Source of the DNA: Leucoraja erinacea
Lineage: Eukaryota
Direction of reading: 5' to 3'
Assembly (NCBI RefSeq): GCF_028641065.1
Contig: NC_073396.1
Coordinates: 15,810,001 to 15,874,000, forward strand
Length of the DNA: 64,000 nucleotides
Part shown: in pieces, positions 48,980 to 60,900 of the stretch
Numbering within the stretch: the stretch's first letter is position 1
Layout: each line of letters opens with the position of its first letter
Program-made: the position numbers and the translations under genes
Notes under the pieces: generated by a model
Databases searched by the model: none
The model's input: only the letters and a program-made list of their open reading frames with translations
What the model was told of the DNA's origin: nothing

Positions 48980-49636
48980 TGCTGGAAGGAACTGCAGATG
49001 CTGGTTTACACCAAAGAAAGACACAAAATGCGAGACTAACTCAGGACAGGCAGCATCTCTGAATAGGAGGAATGGGTGATGTTTCAGGTTGAGACCCATC
49101 TTCAGACGGAGAGTCAGGGGAGTGGGAAACAGAGATATGGAAGGGCGAGGCGTGAAAACGAGATCAAAGGGGACAAAGATCATGGAAGATGTAGAATAGA
49201 TCATTGTTAGCCTGGGGAAGCTGACAACGAAGCATCCAAATATAAAATTTAATCAGGAGGACAGTCAGACTGGTTGGAGAACTAGGATAGGGGAGAGATG
49301 GAGAGAGAGGAAAAGCAAGGGTTCCTTGAAGTTAGCTGTCAATATTCATACCGCTGGGTTAAGCTGTGAAATACAAGGTGCTGTTCCTCCAATTTCCATT
49401 GGGCCTCACTCTGACAGCAGAGGAGGGCCAGTACAGAAAGGTCAGTGTGGGAATGGGAGGGAGTGTTTAGCAACCGGGAGACCACATAGGGTTAGGTGGA
49501 TGAGCGGAGGTGTTCAGTGAAATGATCGCCCAGCCTGTGCTTGGTCTCGCCGATATTTTGGAGTCCACACCTGGAACAGCGGATACAGTAGACAAGGTTT
49601 GAGGAGGTGCGAGTCAACCTCCGCCTCACCTGAAGC
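48980..49636 (-). mobile_element. Penelope-like 3' part (GIY-YIG end, UTR, tail); a short tail-only copy lies at 48630-48760
   Basis: NLVYCIRCSRCGLQNIGETKHRLGDHFTEH on the minus strand; hammerhead-type motif at 49078-49105. Confidence 0.8.
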
Positions 49637-49644
49637 AGTCAATA

Positions 49645-50068
49645 GCTGACTGTCATATGCTGAGAGAATGGAGCAGCGGGGCTTGTACACTCTGGAGTTG
49701 AGAAGGATGAGAGGAGATCTCATTGAAACATATAAGATTGTTAAGGGCTTGGACACGCTAGAGGCAGGAAACATGTTCCCGATGTTGGGGGGAGTCCAGA
49801 ACCAGGGCCCACAGTTTAAGAAAAAGGAGTAAGCCATTTAGAACGGAGACGAGGAAACACTTTTTCCACACAGAGAGTGGTGAGTCTGTGGAATTCTCTC
49901 CCTCAGAGGACAGTGGAGGTAGGTTCTCTGGATGCTTTCAAGAGAGCTAGATAGGGCTCTTAAAAATAGCAGTCAGGGGACATGGGGAGAAGGCAGGAAC
50001 GGGGTATTGATTGGGGATGATCACATTGAATGGCGGTGCTGGCCTACTCCTGCACAATTCGTCTATTG
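49645..50068 (+). mobile_element. CR1 3' fragment
   Basis: GLYTLELRRMRGDLIETYKIVKGLD...RVVSLWNSLPQ. Confidence 0.85.
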
Positions 50069-50199
50069 ACGCATGATTTTCTATGCTTTAGAGCAAGCTT
50101 TGCCAACATTTATCTCAAGTTAATAAGTTAGCACTGTTCCTGACCTGGTCATCAAAAGTTGTTTAACAGACCATTAACTACTTTTCCAAAGTGTGTTCG

Positions 50200-50420
50200 T
50201 GTGGCAAACAGTTTATGCACAGTAAGATCCCACACACAGTGATATAATTGTGATCAGGTGATACTGATTGATTTTCAGTTGGGGGACGAGTTAGGCACAC
50301 CTCCACTGTTCTTCTGAAAACAACGCGGTGGATTTTTTTTGTTGCTACATCCAGCTGAGAGAGAGCAGACCGGCTTAAAGTTTCGGCTGAAAGTCAGTGC
50401 CTCTGCAAATCCACTGGAGT
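50200..50420 (-). mobile_element. Old DeuSINE remnant
   Basis: TTTATGCACAGTAAGATCCCACA...GAGAGAGCAGACCGG...GAAAGTCAGTGCCTCTG resembles the reverse of the Deu domain. Confidence 0.5.
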
Positions 50421-50469
50421 GACATTTGAAACGACAGTTCCCTCATTCAAAGTTATAAACGGAGTCACT

Positions 50470-50683
50470 CTAGTTTAGAGATACCGCGGAAGCAGGCCCA
50501 CCGAGTCAGCGCCGTCCAACATTAGGGACAATTTCCAGCCAATTAACCTACAAACCTGCATGTCCTTGGAATGTGTTCGGGAGGAAGCCGGAGCACCCGG
50601 AGAAAACTCGCACAAACTCGTAGCCAGGATCGAACCCGGGTTTCTGGCGCAGCAACAGCAACCCTATCGCTGCTCCACCACCG
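50470..50683 (-). mobile_element. HE1-type SINE, internally deleted
   Basis: Tail, AATTAACCTACAAACCTGCA central motif, and GGATCGAACCCGGG (reverse B box). Confidence 0.8.
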
Positions 50684-51329
50684 TCTCTCATTCAATACTC
50701 GGGCACTTAGATGCGAGTCCCGACACCATCTTTGTTAATACAGTTCAGAATCAAACCACATAGTATGCAGCTCACCTAATAAATATCGAACCGTTTTACC
50801 GTATAACCTTTAACGTTGTTGCAGTTGTGTAGAAACTTCATGTAGCGTTCACTCAATAAAAGATGTGATCAAAATCGCGATTTTGTGTGAACAAAGAACC
50901 ATCCCGTGGACTCTAAATATCGGCACGAGTTAGTCCCTGATAACCTTTGCGGGTTTTGCTATTCGAAGCTGTCAAGCCATGTGATCCCATTGGCCTGGTG
51001 ATGATGAGACAAGTGATAGTATCAGCAGAATAATTGAACGCGAGTTGCAAGACTGACAGCAGGCGGCCAGCTACCTTCCCGTGTGCCGTGTGATTTATGA
51101 GTCTGCCTGGCGGGACGAGCATGACACAACTTTCAAGGAAGGATCTTCAGCCCTGCGCAGATACTCTCTCGGTAATTACTGCCTCTTGAAGACGGCTCTG
51201 GCACATTCAGGTACGAATGAGGATATAAATTTCCATAGACTTGAGTTAATAATTATTGAATAATGACCAAAAATGTAAGGAGGTGATTTACTGGGGCTCT
51301 GACAGAAATGTCTCTGGGCACAGAAGTAG

Positions 51330-53620
51330 AGGTGCCAGGTTACACAGGGACACCAAACGTGGCACCTTTCATTCAAGAAGGTCGACGAGGATACCCCGGG
51401 TTATTCCAGGACCGTGAGTCGAACATCTGTAGTAGGGAAATTATAGGAAAACATTCCAGGGACAGCATTAATCTACACTTGGGGTGGGGAGGGATTACTC
51501 GAGGATCGTTATCTTGGAGAATCAGTGCTGGAACCTCTGTCTTTTTTGCAATATATATATAACTGATCTGGATGAAAATGTAGTTGGGCTGATTAGTACG
51601 TTTTCAACTGAAGTAAAAAAAACCCGATGGAGTTAATGAGGAATGTTGTCAACAGATTCTGCTGGATATAGACATCGGAAATAAAGGCAAATAAATGTAA
51701 GATGACGTTTATTGCAGATGTGTCTGAGGTTTGCACTTTGGGAGGTCAAATTTAGGATGAGCGTATATATTAAATGTCTCATTGATATATAGAGGGATGT
51801 TAGAGTACATAGACTGTAGCTTCTTGAATATGCCCAACTCAAGTGAATAGGATGGTAAACAAGGAGAATGATATGCTTGCCTTCATTTGTCTGGGTGCTG
51901 AGTATAAAAAATAGTCATGACGCTGTTGTGTAAAACTGTGCCTTGACCACATCTGCACATACTGTGTACAGTTCTGGTCATGGTTTTACAAAAAGGGTCT
52001 GGAAGCTTTGTAGGTGGTACAGAAGAGATGGAATTTAACCCTACGAGAAATGTAACATGATGCATTTTTTGATTGACTATTAAGACTAGGATAGACACAA
52101 AGAATGGTAAGGGCCCTGGAAGTACAGAAAACTCCATTAAATCAGCACTCTTGGGATTTGGGTGTTGGTCTGGCAGATTCTCTGGATTATTAGATATTAT
52201 GCTTACTTGTAACCCAAAACACATTGTTTTAACATTGTTCACATATTGCAACAATTGTGTAATACAATTTCCAGTGAACATAGTGAGTTTAAAGGGATCA
52301 GAAATCAAACAAGCTCTCTGGACCCCAGCTCTAGCTGTAGACTTGCATGCATTCCCGATCTTAGATTTCCGAACCACCCCTAGTTCTGTCCACACACCCA
52401 CATACACTCTGCACCCTCAGCACACATTAAGATTCAGGTTCAAACTCGGATTAGTATATTTTCATATTGGGTGCAAAGAAATTCCTTGTTCCCATGCAGC
52501 TCACAGAATGGACAATATACATACTGACAAATATACCAAAGAATACAATGACAAACGCACAACAGCAGAATGCTGCAAGATTACCCTACAATCTGAAGCA
52601 GTGTAAAACAAAAACTGAAATGCAATAATATAATAAATGATTCGGGTAGAGTTAAGAGTAATACGTGGTAGTATGTCTGGGAATGGATGTGAAAGAGGTG
52701 ACTGGTTCAGGAGTCTGATAGTCATGGGGAACGAGGTCTTCTTAAGTCTGCAACTGGTCATTCCTATTCAAAAACCAAACTGCTGAGGTACTCAATGGCT
52801 CGGGCAGCGTCTGTGGAAGGAATGGGATTGTAAATATTTTGGGTCGAGATCCTGCATCAGGACTGAGGGTCTTGACCCAAAACATTTACAATTCCTCCCC
52901 TCTCACCACAGATGCTGCCTGACCTGCTGAGTTCCTCCAGCAGTTTGATTTTTGAATAGGACTGAACAGTTGTTTTTCTTTTCCCGGGGAAGTGGAGCAT
53001 TTGTTTGGGGCTTAATGCAAAGATCAAAAGGAGTGAGGAAGGCAGTAATAGATTTTGAAGAGATACAGACAAGCTTTGGAATGAGCAGACAAAATATAGT
53101 GCTGAGAAATGCAACATTATACACTTTGACAGAAAGCATGAGAAAAGATCATCCAAACAGGATGGCACAAAGGGGTACAGGGCGGCAAGAATAGAGAGGT
53201 CCTGGGATATATGCACATTTCATTGAAAGTGGCAGAGTAGGATGGAAGATTGGTTGAAAAGTGTAGCAGGATCCTTGGCTCTACAAAGAGAGGCAAAGGG
53301 AGTCATGATGAGCACTTGGTTTGGCTCTAAGTGGAGTATTGTGTCCAGTTCGGGGCACCATACTTCAGAAAGGATATAAAGGGTTTGGCAAGGGTGTGAA
53401 AGAGACTTCTCCCTAATTAATTTCCTGGGATGAGGGGCTTTAGGTTTATGGATAGAGCGGAGAGGCTAGGGCTGTTCTCTATGGAACACAGGAGGATGAA
53501 GGATATTAAAATCAAGAAGGACATAGACATAGGCCTGGTTCATAGGTCTATTCTGCCTGTGGAGGGTTTAAGAATGGAGGCAAATCATTGTCATGTTCAA
53601 AAAGGAGCTAAATGGTATTA
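51330..53620 (+). mobile_element. Old CR1 fragments (51330-52035 and 53020-53620) with a Rex1 tail (52430-52760, -) between them
   Basis: Decayed CR1 motifs such as VAPFIQEG, PHLHILCTV, EYCVQF and ERLGLFSMEHRRM. Confidence 0.6.
52762..52961. mobile_element. Foldback Penelope-derived element (older subfamily)
   Basis: TCCTATTCAAAAACCAAACTGCTG ... CAGCAGTTTGATTTTTGAATAGGA inverted arms, centred on GGGTC..GACCC stems. Confidence 0.75.
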
Positions 53621-53739
53621 GAGACACCAGGACTGCAGATGCTAGAATCTTGAGCCAAACACTAACAGCTGGAAGAAGTCAGCTATCAGGCAGCATAGGT
53701 AGAGGGAATAGCGATGGTATTAGTATTGGTATAGAGCAT

Positions 53740-53980
53740 GTGAAAAAGCCCTTTGGCTCACAGAGCCCATGCTCTATACAGTGATCAGGATAACCTACAC
53801 ACTAGGGACAATTTACAGAAGTCAATTAAGCTACAAACCTGCATATCTTTGGAATGTGGGAGGAAGCCGGAGCACCCAGAGAAAGCCCAGGGAGAACGCA
53901 CAAACTCCAGACAGACAACACCTATAGTCAGGATCGAACCCTGGTCTCTGACGCTGTAAAGAAGTAACTCAACCGCTGCG
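53740..53980 (-). mobile_element. HE1-type SINE
   Basis: Central domain and reverse B box (AGGATCGAACC). Confidence 0.75.
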
Positions 53981-54509
53981 TGCGTCACTGTACAAAGATA
54001 CAGCGAAAAACTGTTTTGCATGCTAGCCTGGCAGATCAAACCATGCATGAGTGCAGGCATTCCATACATGAGATGGATGTCTGTATGGAAATAATTTATA
54101 GGATTGTGGCGAGATGGTGGAATGTTGGATTAGCTGGACTGTTCTGACATGGAGCTGGTACATACTGGACAGATTGAATGTCCTTTCTCCATGCAGCAAC
54201 CATTCAGAGACCCTGTAATATCTCCAGATTGCCACTTGAGTACCAGAATCAATACTCTGCAAAACTGCATCTCATATTAGTCAAAGCAGCAACAGGTTCA
54301 GGGATATTGTAGAAGATTTGCCAAGATGGTTTGGGGATAAGGGACTGCAGTTCTGCAGAGTAACTAGACTAACTTCTTTGGAGCATGGAAGATAAAGGAG
54401 GGATTAAATACCTGATAAGAGCTCCCTTGGGGACAGCAGATTTGATTCATTAAGTACTATACTTTTCATGCAAGACTTGTGGAAGAAAACATCAATTAAA
54501 TGACAAAAG

Positions 54510-54860
54510 CAGCACAGTGGCGCAATTAGTGGAGCTGTTGCCTCGGTTCCAGAGATCCGGGCTCCTCCTGCCTCCGTGTGCTGTCTGTGTGGAGTCGATA
54601 CACTCTCCTTGTGATCATGGATTTCCTTTGGGTGCTCTGGTTTCCTCCCACATCCCAAAGATGTGCAGCTTGGTAGTTTAGTTGGCTACTGTACACTGTG
54701 TCGAATGTGCAAGTGAGTGGTAGAATCAGGCGCGATTTGAGGAGAATGTGGGGAGAAGAAAATATGGAATTAAAGTAGGCTTAGTATAAATGGGTGATTG
54801 CTGACTTCTTTGCATGGACTCGGTGGGCGAAAGGGGCCTATTTTTGTGCTGTTTCTTTCT
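54510..54860 (+). mobile_element. Older V-SINE/HE1-related copy
   Basis: GCAGCACAGTGGCGCAATTAGTGG head; TTTCCTCCCACATCCCAAAGATGTGC V-domain; CR1-like tail. Confidence 0.75.
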
Positions 54861-55309
54861 TTGCTTCTAAGTGCTCAGACCTGCGAAGAATGACGTTTGG
54901 GTCCATGGGAACAAGCTACTTACATGCAAATAACCAGAGACCACATATTTAAGCTAATTGCCAAAGAAAGTTTAGTGAAAGGAATGCAAAGGAGAGTGGG
55001 TGGGACAAATGGACATTATTTTACACAGCTAGTCATATTCTGAAATGCACTTTCTGAAAAGGTGGATGTAGATTATTTAAATGTAACTTTCAAATGAGAA
55101 AAGAATATAAATGTGTGAAGGGAAATCTTGCAGGGGAAATGGTGGCAGGTGAGGGTAAGCAGGTTTCTATTTCACATCTAGCACAGACATGATGGACAAA
55201 TTAACTCCTTGTGTGCTGTGTGATGAAAGGAGGCAGCTTTCAGCCCTCAGATGGTTGGCCTGGAGGAGAAATGTTGCGTCTACTCCCACCTTCCCCCCCC
55301 CCCACTCAT

Positions 55310-56160
55310 CTTCCAGTGAGTATGGGCAACAAACCATCCACCACGTATATCTCGACACCAGTATCTCACAAGGCTACGTTCTCAGCCTCTTGGTATATTC
55401 CCTGTGAACTCCTGACTGTGTGGCATGGCGGATTCAGCTCTAACTGCATTTACAAGTTTGCAGATGACTCTACTATAATGGGCAGGATCTCAAACAATGA
55501 CGAGATTGCGTACAGGAAGGAAATAGAGAGACCAATAGCACAATGTCACGACATCAACCTTTTACTCAGTGTCAACAAAACTAAAGAGCTGGTCATCGAC
55601 TTCAGCAATAGGATGTTGGAGAGAATGGTGGACTCCGCCTCATCCATCAAGGACGTCCCTGCAGCCCTTCCCTCCGTTAAAATGATCTACATGATGCACT
55701 GCCTCCAAGAAGGCAGCATCTATCATCCAGGATCCCCACCACCTGGGCCATCACATCTCCGCAGTGCTACTGTCAGCGAGGAGGTACAGAAGCTAACATA
55801 ATCAAAGACCAATTACACCCCAGTCATGCCCTCTTCTTCCCTCTCCCATCGGGCAGGAGATACTAAAGCTTGAACGCACTTACCACAGATCCAGTTACTT
55901 CCCTGCTGTTATCAGATTCATAAGCAAAGGGTGTAGTCCTGATCTCCTATTCTATTTCATTGCAGACTTGCAATTTTATTTATCTGTTAATTCTTTATAA
56001 CTCTAACAGCACATTCTGCACTTTTTGTTTATCTTCTCTTTCCACTACCTGTTGTAATTATCTGTGGTTTGACTGTGGCCAAGTATGGTATCATTTGCTG
56101 GACGGCATGCAAAGCAGTTTTTCCACTGTATCTTGGCACGTGTGACAATAATATACCAAT
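55310..56160 (+). mobile_element. Decayed Rex1/Babar LINE
   Basis: QGYVLS, IYKFADDST and KTKELVIDFS motifs; tail GTGACAATAAT(ACCAAT)n. Confidence 0.75.
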
Positions 56161-56349
56161 ACCAGATGTCCCTGGCTTTTGATCAGTCTATCTGCCCTAG
56201 CAAACCATCAGTCTCGAGTATTTGATGGCCACATATGTAAAAACTTCTCATGAGTGGATAAACACGGGCAAAAAATGCTGGCCTTGCTGGTGATAAACAC
56301 TCGTAAATGAATGATGAATTATTCATGGACTTTAAAATACCTTAGGAGA

Positions 56350-57760
56350 TCAAGTTATAGAGTCATGCAGCAGAGAAGCGGGCCCAGTATTTTCATGCTG
56401 ACCATTAGTTACCCATCTACACCAGTCCCAATCACCTACACTTGGTCTATAGCTTTCTTTGTTTTGGAGATTCCATTGGTTGTCTATCTGCTTCTTAAAT
56501 GTTGTGAGAGTACCTGCCTCCACCACCACCCCGGGCAGCGCGATACAGACTGCAACCACCCCCTGGGTGAAAAGTTCTTTCTCAGATTTCCACTAATTTA
56601 TTTATTTTCCTCCCTACCTAAACCTATACCCTCTAATTATTGTCACCTCTGCCAAGGGGAATGTTGTCCATGTGGTACAGGAATCATCTATTCTACCTCA
56701 TCACATTAACTACTTCAATCGGGTCTAAAGAAAAGAAGCCCAGCTTTTTCAGCTTCTCCTCACAACTGAAAAGCTCCATCCATATAACCATAACCATATA
56801 ACAATTACAGCATGGAAACAGGCCATCTTGACCCTTCTAGTCCGTGCCGAACACGTATTCTCCCCTAGTCCCATATACCTGCGCTCAGACCATAACCCTC
56901 CATTCCTTTCTCGGCAATTCAGGCAACATCCTCTGCAGTATAATCACATCCTTGCTATCGGCTTGCAACGGGAAATGTGCACAGTACTCCAGCTGTGGCC
57001 TAACAAATGTTTTATAAAGTTGTATTGTAACATCTCTGTTCTTGTATTCATTCCCATGGTATGACTAATGAAAGGAAGTATCCAATATGCACTCTTCACC
57101 ACCTGGTTTTGCTGTGCTGCCAGTTTCAGGAGTCTTTCGACTTGTCCATCAAGGTCCTTCTTTTGTTAATACACCCCAAGGCCCTAACATTCACTGTGAA
57201 TGTGACCTTGTTCGTTCTTCCAAAGTACATATCACTCACTAATCAGGATTAAATTCCATCAGCCTTTGCTTTACCCATTTTACCAGCTGACCAATATAAC
57301 CATATAATAACCATATAACAATTACAGCACGGAAACAGGCCATCTCGGCCCTACAAGTCCATGCCGAACAATTTTTTTTTTTTTTTTTCTTCCCCTTTTC
57401 TTCACCACCACATCTTCCTGTCATCTACGACTATTCTTCTCACGATCATCATCACCACATTTTCATGTGGTCTGCAAACTTACTAATCATACCTCTGGCA
57501 TTCATATCAAAAGTGTTAATGCACATAACACCTAGTAAGGATCCCACAACCGATCCCTGTGGTAGAGCACTGGTCGCAGGCCTCCAAACACAGACACATT
57601 CACATCACCCTCTCCCTCCTATTATTAAGCTAACTTTGGGTCTAATTTGCCAACATGCCCGGTACCCCATCTGCTCCAAAGGACATGTTGGCAAATGTTG
57701 TTCAAAAGAGTTGGCGTAGTCTCCCTTGTCAAAGGCCTGAATTGTCCATCAACATGTTTT
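56350..57760 (-). mobile_element. Old CR1 fragment carrying two young tail-only insertions (56781-56910, 57293-57370)
   Basis: LPGVVVEAGTLTTFKKQ, WVKQRLMEFNPD and KFAD remnants; the inserts end in (GGTTATAT)n. Confidence 0.65.
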
Positions 57761-58657
57761 ATTGCCTCTTTGCAAAATGCAATCACCCGAAGCTGTGAGC
57801 AGTACCATGTTACTTAATTCTTTCTTTGATTAGGGTCCCACACATTTCAGTTTTAAATGTATTTTATCAGCCCTTTACATCAGCCTCCCATGCTTGTGTT
57901 CATTTTTGTTTTGTTCAGTGTACATTATTTTATTTATCTCGGTACAATTCCACTTGCCACTCAACCTTCGCTAGTTTCAGAACTGACCAAAATATTTTCT
58001 GCAATTCTTTCATTGCATTTTCTTCTAACTGGTTTAAATGTCTAACTGTTTCTGCTCGGGTCAAATTAATTGCAGTTGTGATAAATGTAGAACTCCATTA
58101 AGTTCAGTGTGTTTTCCAGACTATCGTGAATTCAAGGTTACAATAACTTTCAATTAAGGTCTCCGATGGTGCAGTATCTCCTTTCCAAAGGGATTAAATA
58201 ATTGAATGATAATGGTTGAATGTTCTCTTAAATTGAATAGGGCCTTGGGTTGAGATGGGAGGCTGGTGGGGCTATCAATATGTCCTGGCTGCAGGTAACG
58301 TTGTGGACAATATGGAGTTGAAAGGGGAAAGAGATGGAGAGTGCGAGAGGATATATTTATCTAGATGTCTGTAGCTGGATAATTCCTGGTTTTCCATTGT
58401 GGAGTTACTGTGGGAGATGTTTAGCCATGAAGTAATGTGTAAACAATAGCTGTCAACATCCAGGCATGTGGCTGGATGCGACTTTGTCAACTTGCAACCT
58501 GCAGTCTGAAGAAGGGCTGTGACCTGAAACATTGCTTATTCATAGCCTTCAAAGCTGCTGCCTGACATGCTGAGGTCCAGCGCCTTTTTTTTTCATTGAA
58601 AAGCAGATCCTTCTATCTCTGTCTTGCATTCATACAATTCCTTTAACCTATGCATTA

Positions 58658-59433
58658 TCTATATATTAGTAGTGTGCGTGTGTGTGTGCACGCATGTGAT
58701 CCTGGAACTACACCAAAACGGTACACAATAGCACTACCACCTTACTCACAATTGTCCTGTGGTCTGGTGTATCAAGTTTCGATCAGATTGATGTTATATT
58801 TTACAAGTTATTCACATTTTTAACTTAAAAAAAAATGTAAAACCGCGCCTCCACTAGCCCCGCCCCCCTCTTACCATCTTTACTTGACTGGCATCACAAA
58901 GGACATCCCACGGGTTCTCAGCGCAGCCTTTGCAAAATTTCCGACCGCCAGCTTTTTTCCCTCGCCTCATGGACACAACGGCTCCATGGGTAAGTTCCCT
59001 TCCATTTCACTGCTGCTCTGGGCCCGTGGCCCTCCGGCTCAGTGCCGCTCAGCCCGTCCCCCTCGACAGCTCCTGCTTGAGGAGCGGAACCAGGCCCGCA
59101 AAGAGGAAGAGCTTGGGGAAGAAGATGAGCTGCACCCAGGGCAAGATAGGCCGTAGCCTTCTCCTCTGCACAGTTGGGGGCTATGGCTGAGTGGTGGAAT
59201 ATTGCGTTGGGGAAGCGGGTTGCGTTGGGGGAACCGGTGAGTGGTGGATTATTGCGCTGGGTTGGGGGAACGGCTTGCGTTGGGGGAACAGGTGAGTGGT
59301 GGAATATTGCGTTGGGGAACGGGTTGCGTTGGGGTCCAGACCTCCGTGGGGGCTATGGGTGAGTGGTGGAATATTACGTTGGGGGACCAGGCCTCCCGTG
59401 TAACAGGGACCTAACGGGTCCCAGTTGGTCTAG
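58658..59433 (+). mobile_element. Non-autonomous Helitron (776 bp)
   Basis: A|TCTATATATT 5' end; hairpin GGGACC-TAACG-GGTCCC (59406-59422) then CTAG|T (59430-59434); no TSD; 3' ~70 bp homologous to 27450-27525. Confidence 0.88.
59175..59385 (+). repeat. G-rich subterminal tandem repeat in the Helitron
   Basis: Four copies of TGAGTGGTGGAATATTGCGTTGGGG plus TTGCGTTGGGG sub-repeats. Confidence 0.85.
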
Positions 59434-59517
59434 TTATTCAATATTTGTGTGTGTTCTAAACCAAGCAGTAGTGATCATAATGACCAGTGGTACGGCATGT
59501 AGCACACCATTGGACTT

Positions 59518-59674
59518 AAGATAGACACAAAAAGCTGGGGTAACTCTGTCTGAAGAAGGGTCTCGACCCAAAACGTCACCCATTCCTACTCTCCAGAGAT
59601 GCTGCCCGTTCTGCTGAGTTACTCCAGCTTTTTGTATCAATATTCGGTTTAAACTAGCATCTGCAGTTCCTTCT
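59518..59674 (+). mobile_element. Foldback Penelope-derived mini-insertion (157 bp)
   Basis: Short inverted arm, hammerhead motif (59550-59577) and tail; perfect 13-bp TSD CACCATTGGACTT at 59505-59517 and 59675-59687. Confidence 0.85.
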
Positions 59675-60519
59675 CACCATTGGACTTGGTCAGTGGGCGC
59701 TCATTACCAATGGGTGCCATTGCATCACAGCTGACATCTAGGTTATCGCCCAGTTGCATCGTTGCCTGGCCGATCGGGGAAGAGTTAAGAAGGACAGTTT
59801 CACAATGAGCCGATTGCAGACAAGTGAGCACTGGGGTCAGTGACAAGGAAGTGGTTCAGCGACTGCTGCCAGGAGCCAGCCTTTCTGCCACAGTGCCTCC
59901 TCTGTTATTGTTGGCGCAGTTGTCTCGACCACAAAGGAGTGGTGATGCAAGACAAGCAGCTGGTGCGTTGAAAAGGTCAATGAACAGAGGCAGGCTTGGG
60001 TTGGCATGTACCTTATTCAGCAGCTTGCTTGTTGCATTCTCTGTCCTAATGTGAGGGTGATCAGTGATCCTCTGACTGGGAATCATGATTAACATATTAA
60101 ACTATTCCTAGGCACTTCATGGGGCCATTATCAAACAAAATGTGACAGTGGGCTACTCAAGCAGATGGAGTAAAACTCCATTAATCTGGCACTCTCGGGA
60201 CGTTGGTGGTTCTAGGATGCAGATTTTCTGGACTATTATATGTGATTTCACCAATACAGCAGTACACTTCTTATTCGCCCCATAAAAAGATTTTACACGC
60301 TGTAAAATTTCAGGGGAGATGCAACATCTGCTGGAGTAACTCAGCGAGTCAACAGCGTCTGAGGCGGTAATGAACTGCTAATGTTTTGGATTGTAGCCCT
60401 ATAGCAGAAGCCAGTGAGTTTCATGGGGCAGGCATCTAGTGGTACTGAGTGAGTGTTGCAACTGGTGTCTTGCAAGTGGTTAAGGATCCTGGGACCTTTG
60501 GAGCTGGTGAGTTGGAAGG

Positions 60520-60900
60520 ATGTATTGGTATTGGTTTATTATTGTCACATGTACCGAGGTACAATGAAAAGTTTTGTTTGCATGCTATCCATTCAAATCT
60601 TATTATACACGAGTACAAGCAAACCATATACAAGTACAGCAGGAAATACAAAGATACAAATATAATTGTGCACAATATACTGTTACAAGGTGAGAGGGTT
60701 ACAACTACAGAGAAAGTTATGATTTAAAAAAAAAAAAAAAGTGAAAGGGCCAACCATAATGAGGTTGGTCGGAAGATTGGGGCTTTACCCTTAGTTCTTT
60801 CAGAGGACAGTAGGGAAGAAATGTATCTGGTGCTTTCAACTTTTCGTATATTTTGCCTGCTGGGAGAGCGGAGAAGAGGGAATGACCAAGGTGTAAATGG
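60520..60900 (-). mobile_element. Rex1-type 3' end
   Basis: HLGHSLFSALPAGKIY on the minus strand; tail AATAAA(CCAATA)n. Confidence 0.7.

Noticed and set aside
51883-52606. Overlapping 174/177-aa ORFs on opposite strands
   Set aside because: Non-ATG starts, partial overlap with decayed LINE sequence, and no protein motifs.
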